DNA of 37,463 nt from the NCBI GenBank assembly GCA_947177015.1, contig CAMWSV010000001.1:1-37463 (forward strand). The letters are read 5' to 3'. The notes below the pieces were generated by a model. The model was not told the origin of the DNA, searched no databases, and was given only the letters and a program-made list of their open reading frames with translations. This DNA comes from an uncultured Porphyromonadaceae bacterium. Its GTDB lineage: Bacteria > Bacteroidota > Bacteroidia > Bacteroidales > Muribaculaceae. Made by a program: the position numbers and the translations under genes. Of this stretch, positions 28,005 to 36,530 are shown in pieces; positions within the stretch are counted from its first letter, which is position 1; every line of letters starts with the position of its first letter.

Positions 28005-29492
28005 ATGAAATCAGTCTGTTTCTATTTCAAGATTCATCAGCCGTTCCGTCTGAAACGCTATCGTTTCTTCGATATCGGCAACGACCATTACTACTACGAC
28101 GATTTTGCCAACGATGAAATCATCAATCGTCTGGCTGAACAATCATACATCCCCATGGCTGAGACACTGCTGGAAATGATCAAGAATTCCAATGGTGAGT
28201 TCAAGTGCGCAATCTCCATCTCCGGCACTGCTATCGAGCAACTCCAACTCTACGTGCCTGAATTTATCGACCTCCTCAAGAAACTCGCCGACACCAAGTG
28301 CGTGGAGTTCCTCTCCGGCACATATTCTCACTCTCTGGCTTCACTCGAAGACCCCGAGGAGTTCCTGCGCGAAGTGAAGATGCACGATGATATCATCAAG
28401 CGTGAATTCGGTCAGAAACCGAAAGTTTTCGCAAACACCGAACTCATCTATGATGACGACACTTCCCTTCTCATCAGGTCAATGGGATTCAGCGTATGCC
28501 TCACTGAGGGTGCAAAACATATACTCGGATGGAAATCGCCCAACTACGTATATTCTTCTGCCGTGGCTCCCGAACTGAAACTCCTTCTCACCAATAATAA
28601 ACTCTCAAACGACATCACACGTAATTTCAATAACCCTGATTGGGAGGAATATCCCCTCACGGCGGATAAATATGTGGATTGGATCGCTTCTCTACCCGAA
28701 GAGCAGCAGATCGTCAACCTCTATCTGCCTATGGATGCCTTCGGTTCGTTCATTCCGGCATCTACCGGTATCTTCGACTTCCTCAAGGCTCTCCCCAAAT
28801 TCGGTAAAGAACGCGGTGTAGAATTTACCACTCCTTCTGCTGCGGCAAAGCGTCTCAAGCCCGTTGACGCCCTCAGCATCCCCTTCCCAATCTCCGACAT
28901 CAATGAGGCTGCCGATGTCGCCGCTTGGAAAGGCAACGATCTCCAGCGCGAAGCCCTCGGCAAACTCTATGCCGTAGGTGAACGTGTTAACCTCTGCACC
29001 GATCGTCGCCTTAAACTTGACTGGGAATACCTTCAGAGTTCCGACCATTTCTACTATATGGCTACGGGTAAAAACGCCGCAGGATCCTTCTCTCCCTACG
29101 ATTCTCCCTTCTCAGCCTTCACCAACTACATGAATGTCCTCGCCGACTTCATCGTCCGGGTCGAAGAGCAATACCCCGAAGAGATCGGCAACGAAGAACT
29201 CAATTCCCTACTCCTCACTATCCGTAATCAGGCATCGGAAATCGATTCGCTCAATAAGGAGGTGAAGCAACTCAAGCAAAATATCCTTACGTCCGACGAC
29301 TCTACCAACGCCCCCGTCAAGGTGCAGGAGGCTCCCCTCCCAGACTCGCACATGCTCCCCGCTGACGCCAAGGAAGAGAAGAAGACCCGCAAATCCGCCG
29401 CCAAAAAGTCTTCCTCCGCCAAAGCCCCCAAAGAGAAAGCGCCTAAAGAGAAAGAAGTACCCAAGAAACCCGGACGCAAATCCACCAAATAA
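28005..29492 (+). CDS. GH57 alpha-amylase-like protein with Lys/Ala/Pro-rich C-terminal tail
   Basis: HQP, SISGTAIEQ, TYSHSL, NTELIY, LQSSDHFYYM GH57 regions; third gene of the debranching-GT4-GH57 operon. Confidence 0.9.
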   Translation: MKSVCFYFKIHQPFRLKRYRFFDIGNDHYYYDDFANDEIINRLAEQSYIPMAETLLEMIKNSNGEFKCAISISGTAIEQLQLYVPEFIDLLKKLADTKCVEFLSGTYSHSLASLEDPEEFLREVKMHDDIIKREFGQKPKVFANTELIYDDDTSLLIRSMGFSVCLTEGAKHILGWKSPNYVYSSAVAPELKLLLTNNKLSNDITRNFNNPDWEEYPLTADKYVDWIASLPEEQQIVNLYLPMDAFGSFIPASTGIFDFLKALPKFGKERGVEFTTPSAAAKRLKPVDALSIPFPISDINEAADVAAWKGNDLQREALGKLYAVGERVNLCTDRRLKLDWEYLQSSDHFYYMATGKNAAGSFSPYDSPFSAFTNYMNVLADFIVRVEEQYPEEIGNEELNSLLLTIRNQASEIDSLNKEVKQLKQNILTSDDSTNAPVKVQEAPLPDSHMLPADAKEEKKTRKSAAKKSSSAKAPKEKAPKEKEVPKKPGRKSTK

Positions 29493-29651
29493 CCCGTCCC
29501 CCTCTGCACCCTCGCACGCGCCTCGTGCCCTCGCACCCTCCCTCTGCGCCATCATCGCGCCATCGCGGCGTATGCAGATATCGTGCAGATATTTTGCGAG
29601 GCGCATGCATAAGTCGGAGGGGTGACTTCGGTCGCCCAAGGAAGCGAGCAA

Positions 29652-29702
29652 GAAAAAAGTAATCCTTGCCGGAGACCGGAGATTCCGGCACGGAAAGGAT
29701 TG
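29652..29702 (-). terminator. Putative intrinsic terminator on the minus strand (end of RiPP operon transcription)
   Basis: Minus strand: AATCCTT-TCCG-TGCCGGA-loop-TCCGGCA-AGGATT followed by ACTTTTTTC. Confidence 0.55.
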
Positions 29703-29704
29703 TC

Positions 29705-29851
29705 TGATGAGAGGAGGGAGTAAGCGGCGGTTGACCGTTCTTGTAATTATACCAAGGTTTTCACTTACAACTAAACTACAGTCTCATAACTTGTCTTACC
29801 ACTTGCCACTATAAAATATCGGTCCGCCGCCGCTCTCTCCCTTTCTTGTCA
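29705..29851 (+). other. ~32-bp imperfect inverted repeat enclosing an 82-nt AT-rich spacer (candidate structured RNA or MITE-like remnant)
   Basis: Arms at 29705-29737 and 29820-29851; pairing uses five G-U pairs on the plus strand. Confidence 0.55.
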
Positions 29852-29932
29852 TTACTCACATCAAGATTTTTTTATTAGTTTTTCTTATCAAATAATAGTT
29901 AATAGTCACCTGCCTAATGGCCGCGTCTGCGA

Positions 29933-32275
29933 CTACAATTCGAGTTGATTCTTCACAAGGTCGTAGAATACTTTGCTGGTAGTCTTAAGCGATTCGAATG
30001 TACCACTGTCAACGATACGCCCTCTATCCATCACAAGTATATTGTCTGCATTTCTTACAGTCGATAGCCTGTGGGCAATAACGATTACAGTGCGACCTTC
30101 AAACATCGCCTCAAGATTTTCTACAATCATCCGCTCGTTGACACTGTCAAGAGAGTTGGTTGCCTCATCAAAAAGAATCACCTCCGGCTTCCGATAGATC
30201 GCACGCGCTATCAGCAGTCGTTGCTTCTGTCCGAGACTAAGACCGCGCCCACTGCTCCCGATCACGGTTGCAGTCTTCAACGGCAACCGGTCTACTTCAT
30301 CGCTTATATTGGCTATCCGCATCGACTCCCTCAGGTTTTCGTAGTCAATCTCTCCCTCATCCATCACAATATTTCGCTCAATCGTGTCGTTATAGATAAA
30401 TCCCTCCTGCATCACGACTCCGCAACGTTTTCGCCATTCCTTCATCGACATTGTCGACAGATCTTTTCCGTTGATAAGAATCTCACCTCCTTCCTGACGA
30501 TAATATCCGAGCATGAGTTTCAGCAACGTACTCTTTCCGCTACCGGAGGCTCCGACTATAGCGGTTGTACGCCCTTTGGGGAATACAGTTGTCACTCCAT
30601 CGAGCGCTTTGATCGGAGAGAAACGGTTATAGCGATAGGTAAGGTTGTTTACAGCGATTTCCACTCCTTCATTCCGGGCGGTGCAACCCTTTTCATTCTC
30701 TATAATCCGGGAAGTATCTTCGCGTTCTTTATCACATTCCGGATCATGGCTTGCTTCCGAGGAAACATCCTCGCCTCCGGCCACATCACGATCCTCCTTA
30801 TCCATATTTTTCACCTCGTTTATGCGTTCCATTGATATCTTAAGATCCTGCAGCGAATAGATGAAAGATATTATGCGCGACACAGGATTGTTTAACTGCC
30901 CGATTATAAACTGGATGGCAAGCATATCTCCGAGTGATAATTTTCCGGCTATCACTCCCGATGCCGCAAGCACGGTGATGATGATATTCTTAAGTTCGTT
31001 GATCAGTACCGACCCGGACTCCTGCGACTGCTGGAGTCTCAGATTCTTCATCTGCACCCGGTAGAGCCGCTGCTGAATTATCTCCCATTCATCGCGTCTG
31101 CGGGCTTCACATCCCTGCAGTTTTGTCTCCTGCATGGAGGAGAGAAGTTGATACGTGCAATGCTGATTATCACTCTCCACTTCGAAGATCTGATAATCGA
31201 TACACTTTCTACGCCGCAGGAAGAGGCAGACCCATATTCCATAGAGGAGTGAGAATCCGAGGAAAATCAGGAAGAGACGGGGACTGAACCATGCGAGCGT
31301 CACACCGAGCACCACCGCGCTGAGCACAACGAAAGATATGCTCACGGCTTCCGATGTCAGAAATGTCTGCACCCGCTTGTTATCTTCCATCCTGCGAAGA
31401 GAGTCGCCGAGTTTGCGGCTGTCGAAGAATCTCATCGGCAGATAGAAAAGCCGATTGATGAAATCTTTCTTCAAACGTATATTAAGACCTACCGATACGT
31501 GCAGTGTGAGCCAGCGGCTTAGAAATTCAGTGATGGTGCTTCCCACTACAATCATCCCCTCACCAATCAGTATCAGATAGATGATATTTAAATCGCTGTC
31601 ATGAATCCCGCGGTCAACTATCGCTTTCGTCAGAAACGGCATAATGAGTTGCAGCAGGCTTCCTACGAAAAGCAAAAGGATAATAAATCCGAAATGCTTC
31701 CGATATTCCCTGAGGTGCTTACGTAACTCTCCGAACCACGACGATACTTTCGTAGAATCCGGATGGGTGCTGACGTATTCGGCATGAATAGCCGCTGCCC
31801 GGGGTAAAGGCTCAAGCATCAGCACTATCCCCTTGACGCAATCAGATCCGCAATCCTTTACGCCCCAGCATCTCATAAACTCATCACGTGACATAACTTT
31901 CTTTCCAAATGCCGGATCGCTTATATAGAATCGCTTTAGATCTGCCGAAATCTTATACAACACTACATAATGATTCTGATTCCAGTGAAGTATGGCCGGG
32001 AGAGTCAGATCCGGTAATTTCGAATCATCAATTCTTACCGCCATAGTATCATACCCGAGTTCCTCCGCCACTTTCTGCAAAGCCAATAGACTGACACCCT
32101 CCGTGTCGGTGTCGCAAAGCTGACTGAGATAATACAGCGGGAACGACATATGGTAATATGCGCAGACAGTAGCCAATGCGGCCGCCCCGCATTGGCTTGA
32201 ATCCCGCTGAATCACCGCGGGATACCTGTGTCTTCGTAATAAAAATCTATATGTGTCGATAAGACTGATACTCAT
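29933..32275 (-). CDS. Peptidase C39-containing ABC transporter (PCAT, double-glycine leader processing/export)
   Basis: QRDSSQCGAAAL (Cys), LHWNQNHYVV (His), ISDPAFG (Asp); TM domain; Walker A GASGSGKST, signature LSLGQKQR, Walker B ILFDEATNSLD, IAHRLST. Confidence 0.96.
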   Translation of the reverse strand: MSISLIDTYRFLLRRHRYPAVIQRDSSQCGAAALATVCAYYHMSFPLYYLSQLCDTDTEGVSLLALQKVAEELGYDTMAVRIDDSKLPDLTLPAILHWNQNHYVVLYKISADLKRFYISDPAFGKKVMSRDEFMRCWGVKDCGSDCVKGIVLMLEPLPRAAAIHAEYVSTHPDSTKVSSWFGELRKHLREYRKHFGFIILLLFVGSLLQLIMPFLTKAIVDRGIHDSDLNIIYLILIGEGMIVVGSTITEFLSRWLTLHVSVGLNIRLKKDFINRLFYLPMRFFDSRKLGDSLRRMEDNKRVQTFLTSEAVSISFVVLSAVVLGVTLAWFSPRLFLIFLGFSLLYGIWVCLFLRRRKCIDYQIFEVESDNQHCTYQLLSSMQETKLQGCEARRRDEWEIIQQRLYRVQMKNLRLQQSQESGSVLINELKNIIITVLAASGVIAGKLSLGDMLAIQFIIGQLNNPVSRIISFIYSLQDLKISMERINEVKNMDKEDRDVAGGEDVSSEASHDPECDKEREDTSRIIENEKGCTARNEGVEIAVNNLTYRYNRFSPIKALDGVTTVFPKGRTTAIVGASGSGKSTLLKLMLGYYRQEGGEILINGKDLSTMSMKEWRKRCGVVMQEGFIYNDTIERNIVMDEGEIDYENLRESMRIANISDEVDRLPLKTATVIGSSGRGLSLGQKQRLLIARAIYRKPEVILFDEATNSLDSVNERMIVENLEAMFEGRTVIVIAHRLSTVRNADNILVMDRGRIVDSGTFESLKTTSKVFYDLVKNQLEL

Positions 32276-32314
32276 GTGGTAATCGTATTTATGGGGATTT
32301 TTCCTGCAGAAGGA

Positions 32315-34660
32315 TTATTTGCCGTAGTCGTTGAAGGTAGAGCCATTGTCGTTGAGATTGAGTACACGCTCACGTTCCTTTTTCTTAAACGGACTGCCGA
32401 AATCGAGATTATAGGAGATAGTCAGTTGGATTAGATCATGGGCATTCCGCATCTCGCGGGTTTTCCTGACTGTCTGTTCGGGTGAATGTTGCCACTCAAT
32501 GTAGTGCCAGCCCTTCTTATCAAACATATAGGACCATCCGACCTGAAAATCCCAGTGGGAGTTGGGGGTGAATCTCACTGACAATTGATCATACCACGGC
32601 CCTCTCCTTGCGACATAGCCATTGCAGGAGTTGAGAGGAAACTGTCGTGCGTAGTCAATCTGCCATTTTCGATATTGCCAAGTCAGTCTGATAAAGCCTC
32701 CAAGTGAATTGGTATGGGTTTTCCATCCGGCATCGTCCTTGAAATCATAATGACGATACTCTAAAAACGCATGAAACGAAAACATGTTGAGGATATTATA
32801 AAAAGATCCCTGCAGGACACATCCGGCCTCATTGGAATAGCGTCCATTTACGGGCATGGAAAGATAAGCCTTTAGGGCGTCATCATATCTGACAACTGTG
32901 ACGGCAGGATTAATACTCCGCGTGTAGGTGGCAGTTGTGTTGACAATGATATTCCTGTTGTTACTGTAACTTACCACAAGACGCTCCTGAATACTATGCA
33001 GAGGCTTAAGATTCTCATTGCCGTTATTGTAAAGATAAGAGGAGGTCTGCACCAGATGATCATCGAGTTGACCGAGTGACAGGGGGGAGGAGCCGTAAGT
33101 CAGGTTATGGTTGAGTGTCCACGATGGATTTATCACCCACTGGAGATTCAACTGCGAGAGATTGTTGAGGTATGTCATCGACCGGTTGTCGATTGCGAAA
33201 TGCTGTATGTTGAGACCGCTCTTCAGATACATCGTGACGCGGTTGGCCCACGTAGCGCGGTACTCCGCATAAATCTGATTATGGTTCTCCTTCATGTGGC
33301 TTTCCGTAGTGGTGAGCGGGTATCTGTTGGTATTGGTGGAGAGCGTCAGTAGATAGCATAGCCCCAATTGCGAGCGGTCGGCAAAGAAGTGTTTGTAATC
33401 CAGTCCTGCAAGCAGGGAATAACGCTCGGATTTAATGTCATTTCCATATTCGAGGAATCCCGACGGGCGGTCGTAACTTATCTCCGACTCATAGGGGGTG
33501 CTGGAGGCTGTGCCCACTACATTCACGTCGACGGCATTCCCGGGATTCAGTTCCTTCGACAGATAGAAATTCAGAGTATGCGTCGCCGCGTTGTTGTGGG
33601 TTCGGCTGGAGCCATAGTAACTATCCGGATTGGCGGAATACATTTCCTCATAGTAGGTATATGATTTACGCAATGCATTGGAATTGTTAAAACAATATGA
33701 GGCCGACAGTAAAAATGATGAGGAGGGCAGATAGTTGTATTGCAGAGTTGCGTTGGCGATCTTGTAATTAAATGGTGAATGAGATTCTTCATTGATATTC
33801 ACCGGAAGGGAAGGTGACGTATAATCGGTAGTGAGAGTATCGTATGTCTTCTCGTTATTGGCGTAATTGAAATTGCCCCTCAGTGTCCATGAGGAACTGC
33901 CCTGATGAAACCGCAGACCGGCTCCTCCCCAGATTAAGGTACCTATGAAGTCATTCGACTCTGTAACATTAAGGCTGCCTCCATTATCTCTCTTCTTCAA
34001 CCTTACATTTATCAGGAAGTTCCCTTCCCCATAGATTGCCGGTACGTTAGGAGAATATTCTACATTGAGTACGTCAGTAGCCTTAAGCGACTGCAACTCC
34101 TCCTGCGAGGAGGGGTGGCCGTCGATAAGGATAACCGGATTCCCAAGGCTGCTCTCGAGCGTACGATTCGTAGGATTATACATCAGAGTCGGTATCCCAA
34201 GTCGTCCGATGAGTTCGATGGCGTAAGTGGAGGCTTCGATGGAAGATTGCCTCGGGGTATAGAGGATCTTGCCGTCGGAGGCCACTACCGGCGACCCTTC
34301 CACCACCACTTCATCAAGTGTACTCACCTCCTGAAGAATACATTCCCCGACATCAATGTTATCCCCACCCGAAGCAAATTCCTTCTCATAGGGTTCGTAG
34401 CCGAATGATTCAATTCTTAGAATTAAGGTACTTAAAGAGTCCGGGACTTGCAAGTGAAATTCGCCATTATCATCAGATAACGTAGAATCTATAATAATGG
34501 TAGCCTCATCGCTCCTTTTCAACACACTACATTCTGCATTGGAGATTTTGCGGCTGTAATTCCCTTCGGAAATAACAGTACCTCTAATTTCTATCCCAAA
34601 ACTATGCAAAGGTAGGATAAGTAACAAAGCGATAGTAGCAATTATTTTAATAAATTTCAT
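32315..34660 (-). CDS. TonB-dependent-receptor-like outer-membrane beta-barrel protein with N-terminal carboxypeptidase-regulatory-like domain
   Basis: Signal peptide; IRGTVI..SDDNGEFHL..SFGYEP domain; LDEVVVEG linker; plug-like VILIDG..DVLNVEY..PAIYG; aromatic amphipathic strands ending LTISYNLDFG plus a short basic tail. Confidence 0.85.
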   Translation of the reverse strand: MKFIKIIATIALLLILPLHSFGIEIRGTVISEGNYSRKISNAECSVLKRSDEATIIIDSTLSDDNGEFHLQVPDSLSTLILRIESFGYEPYEKEFASGGDNIDVGECILQEVSTLDEVVVEGSPVVASDGKILYTPRQSSIEASTYAIELIGRLGIPTLMYNPTNRTLESSLGNPVILIDGHPSSQEELQSLKATDVLNVEYSPNVPAIYGEGNFLINVRLKKRDNGGSLNVTESNDFIGTLIWGGAGLRFHQGSSSWTLRGNFNYANNEKTYDTLTTDYTSPSLPVNINEESHSPFNYKIANATLQYNYLPSSSFLLSASYCFNNSNALRKSYTYYEEMYSANPDSYYGSSRTHNNAATHTLNFYLSKELNPGNAVDVNVVGTASSTPYESEISYDRPSGFLEYGNDIKSERYSLLAGLDYKHFFADRSQLGLCYLLTLSTNTNRYPLTTTESHMKENHNQIYAEYRATWANRVTMYLKSGLNIQHFAIDNRSMTYLNNLSQLNLQWVINPSWTLNHNLTYGSSPLSLGQLDDHLVQTSSYLYNNGNENLKPLHSIQERLVVSYSNNRNIIVNTTATYTRSINPAVTVVRYDDALKAYLSMPVNGRYSNEAGCVLQGSFYNILNMFSFHAFLEYRHYDFKDDAGWKTHTNSLGGFIRLTWQYRKWQIDYARQFPLNSCNGYVARRGPWYDQLSVRFTPNSHWDFQVGWSYMFDKKGWHYIEWQHSPEQTVRKTREMRNAHDLIQLTISYNLDFGSPFKKKERERVLNLNDNGSTFNDYGK

Positions 34661-34667
34661 CGAATCA

Positions 34668-34707
34668 AAGAAATTAGAATATCAGGATACCCGAAAGTAT
34701 CCTGATA
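34668..34707 (-). terminator. Hairpin between precursor and barrel genes (partial terminator or mRNA stabiliser)
   Basis: Perfect 11-bp stem TATCAGGATAC (34680-34690)/GTATCCTGATA (34697-34707); on minus it is followed by TTCTAATTTCTTT. Confidence 0.65.
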
Positions 34708-34777
34708 GTAATGATTAAATCGGGGGGATAAGGGACTCAAGTCTCCTGCACACTTTAAGGAGAGATCTGACTAATTA

Positions 34778-35026
34778 TTAGCAAATAATACCTGAATGAC
34801 AAGTACCACCGGCAAAACAAGTACCACCAGAACATTCGTTACCGGTGCAATTATTCCCGGTACAATGATTGCCCGTACAAGAGTTACCGGTACAAGAGTT
34901 ACCGGTACAAGAGTCACCCGTGACGAGACCGTTGATGTCAACGTTCTCACCGGGAGCGATTCCTCCCAGTACTTCCAGGCGTTCCAGTTCAGAAAGTTCG
35001 CCCTGTGAAAAAATTTCTTTTTTCAT
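34778..35026 (-). CDS. Double-glycine RiPP precursor peptide with Cys-rich pentapeptide-repeat core
   Basis: Leader MKKEIFSQGELSELERLEVLGG fits L(-12)S..E(-8)..V(-4)xGG; 60-aa core with 9 Cys; located between rSAM/SPASM and barrel/PCAT genes. Confidence 0.92.
   Translation of the reverse strand: MKKEIFSQGELSELERLEVLGGIAPGENVDINGLVTGDSCTGNSCTGNSCTGNHCTGNNCTGNECSGGTCFAGGTCHSGIIC
34832..34921 (-). repeat. 15-bp-period coding repeat, six TG(N/D)xC units
   Basis: GTACAAGAGTTACCG is exact at 34875-34889 and 34890-34904, near-exact at 34905-34919; the other units are diverged. Confidence 0.9.
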
Positions 35027-35238
35027 GATTTAGAATAATTATAAAGTTATAAGTAGTTGATTATTGCTTATACTAATTCTGTGTCAAAAATTTCTGAATC
35101 CTTAAGACTGATTCTCTTTTTCGAATAGGCAAAGTTTTTACCTTATCTCAATTGAAGATAATTTTAAGATAAAGAAAGATTTGTCACGGGATAAATTAAA
35201 ATTCATAGCCACGAATCAGTAATAAACAATCTATTAAT

Positions 35239-36519
35239 TTAATGATATCTTTGATCAATGAATTTTACGACTGCATTCTCAAATTCTGAATCATCACTAT
35301 CCATCTTGCATCCATTGGGATTTGTCATCCAGTTACGCGGACACTGTCCATAGCAGTTAGGTAAGTATATGCAATCCCTGCATCTGTCATTATCAAATGT
35401 TCTTACAGTATATTGCTCAAAGAATTGCATATCTCCCTCAATTTTACCATCAGATCCTATTTTGCATTTTGCATCACTCTGATAGAGATCATCATTGGCT
35501 GTACATTTCACTATATCTCCCTGATAATTTATTGTGGAATGTAAACGCCGGGATGCATAACATGGTGCACCGTAATTTAGTGGATTCCAGTACTCAACCC
35601 TGAATCCGGCATCCTCAAAGTTTTTAAGAATTTGATATAATTCCGAGGTATAGGATTTATCAACATTCTCCTGCCACACCTTACGCGGCAATATAACAAT
35701 CCGAGATCGGATATCGGACGGAATCAGATTCATCACTTCCTCTACGATACCTACTTTTAGGTTCTCATGCGTATAATTGATTCGCAGGATGACTTCAATA
35801 TTAGGATTATCCAACAGAATATCTCTAATATTGGTAAGCGCGCGATTAAAAGATGAATCTAAATTCTTCATGAATTTTACCTTATCATGGTTTTCCTTAT
35901 TACCGTCTAAGGTGATCTGAAATATTTTGAAATTCAATTCTCTCATCTTCGCGTGCTTTTCCGGAGTCAGGAAGTAGGCGTTTGTGGTGGCTCCCATTGA
36001 GCAGGGAATACCGGCTTCTTTACATGCCTTTACGGCATATTCTCCGATCGGAACTATCACTTTATCGAAATACATAAGTGGTTCGCCGCCAAACCAGTCA
36101 ATATGCAGCGATTCTATCTCTTCCTCTTTTATGAGGTAATCGATATAGTGGCATACACGCTCTATAGTCTCCTCATTCATCATTGAGGGAATATGATCCT
36201 GTATGCAATACCAGCATGCATAGTTGCAATTGAGTGTCGGAATTATGATTAAGAAGGCATTCATATCATTTTTCGCCCGGTCAGCCCTATCGAGAATAAT
36301 CTGATATTCATCTACATCATCCTCAATGATAAAACCGCCCTCTACAAGTTTCGAATAGACAGCAGGGAATGTCTCCTGCCATGCCTCGAAATCTTCCAGA
36401 TTATCGCGAAGTTTGTTGCCGGTACCATTCGACAGACGGAAATACATATGGGTAATTCCATTATACCAATAAGAATAACCATCTTTTTCGATGATATGGT
36501 TATACTTGCTAAGTTTCAT
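35239..36519 (-). CDS. Radical SAM/SPASM-domain peptide maturase
   Basis: CNYACWYC (CxxxCxxC), WFGGEP, TTNA, QITLDG; SPASM Cys set PCYA..GDIVKC..CRDCIYLPNCYGQC..GC; N-terminal ~75 aa resemble an RRE/PqqD-like domain. Confidence 0.95.
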   Translation of the reverse strand: MKLSKYNHIIEKDGYSYWYNGITHMYFRLSNGTGNKLRDNLEDFEAWQETFPAVYSKLVEGGFIIEDDVDEYQIILDRADRAKNDMNAFLIIIPTLNCNYACWYCIQDHIPSMMNEETIERVCHYIDYLIKEEEIESLHIDWFGGEPLMYFDKVIVPIGEYAVKACKEAGIPCSMGATTNAYFLTPEKHAKMRELNFKIFQITLDGNKENHDKVKFMKNLDSSFNRALTNIRDILLDNPNIEVILRINYTHENLKVGIVEEVMNLIPSDIRSRIVILPRKVWQENVDKSYTSELYQILKNFEDAGFRVEYWNPLNYGAPCYASRRLHSTINYQGDIVKCTANDDLYQSDAKCKIGSDGKIEGDMQFFEQYTVRTFDNDRCRDCIYLPNCYGQCPRNWMTNPNGCKMDSDDSEFENAVVKFIDQRYH

Positions 36520-36530
36520 AAGTAATTTAG

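Noticed and set aside
29692-29712. GAAA...CTGATGAG as a hammerhead core
   Set aside because: Only ~7 nt separate the motifs, leaving no room for stems I and III.
30071-30835. 254-aa plus-strand ORF as a possible immunity gene
   Set aside because: Entirely antisense to the conserved PCAT ATPase domain; shadow ORF.
34796-35008. 70-aa plus-strand ORF with TRVTG repeats
   Set aside because: Reverse-strand reading of the precursor's 15-bp repeat; the minus frame has the GG leader and operon context.
35130-35137. Internal promoter for the precursor (AAACTTTG on minus)
   Set aside because: Misses the conserved T of TAnnTTTG and lies in AT-rich sequence; not supportable without TSS data.
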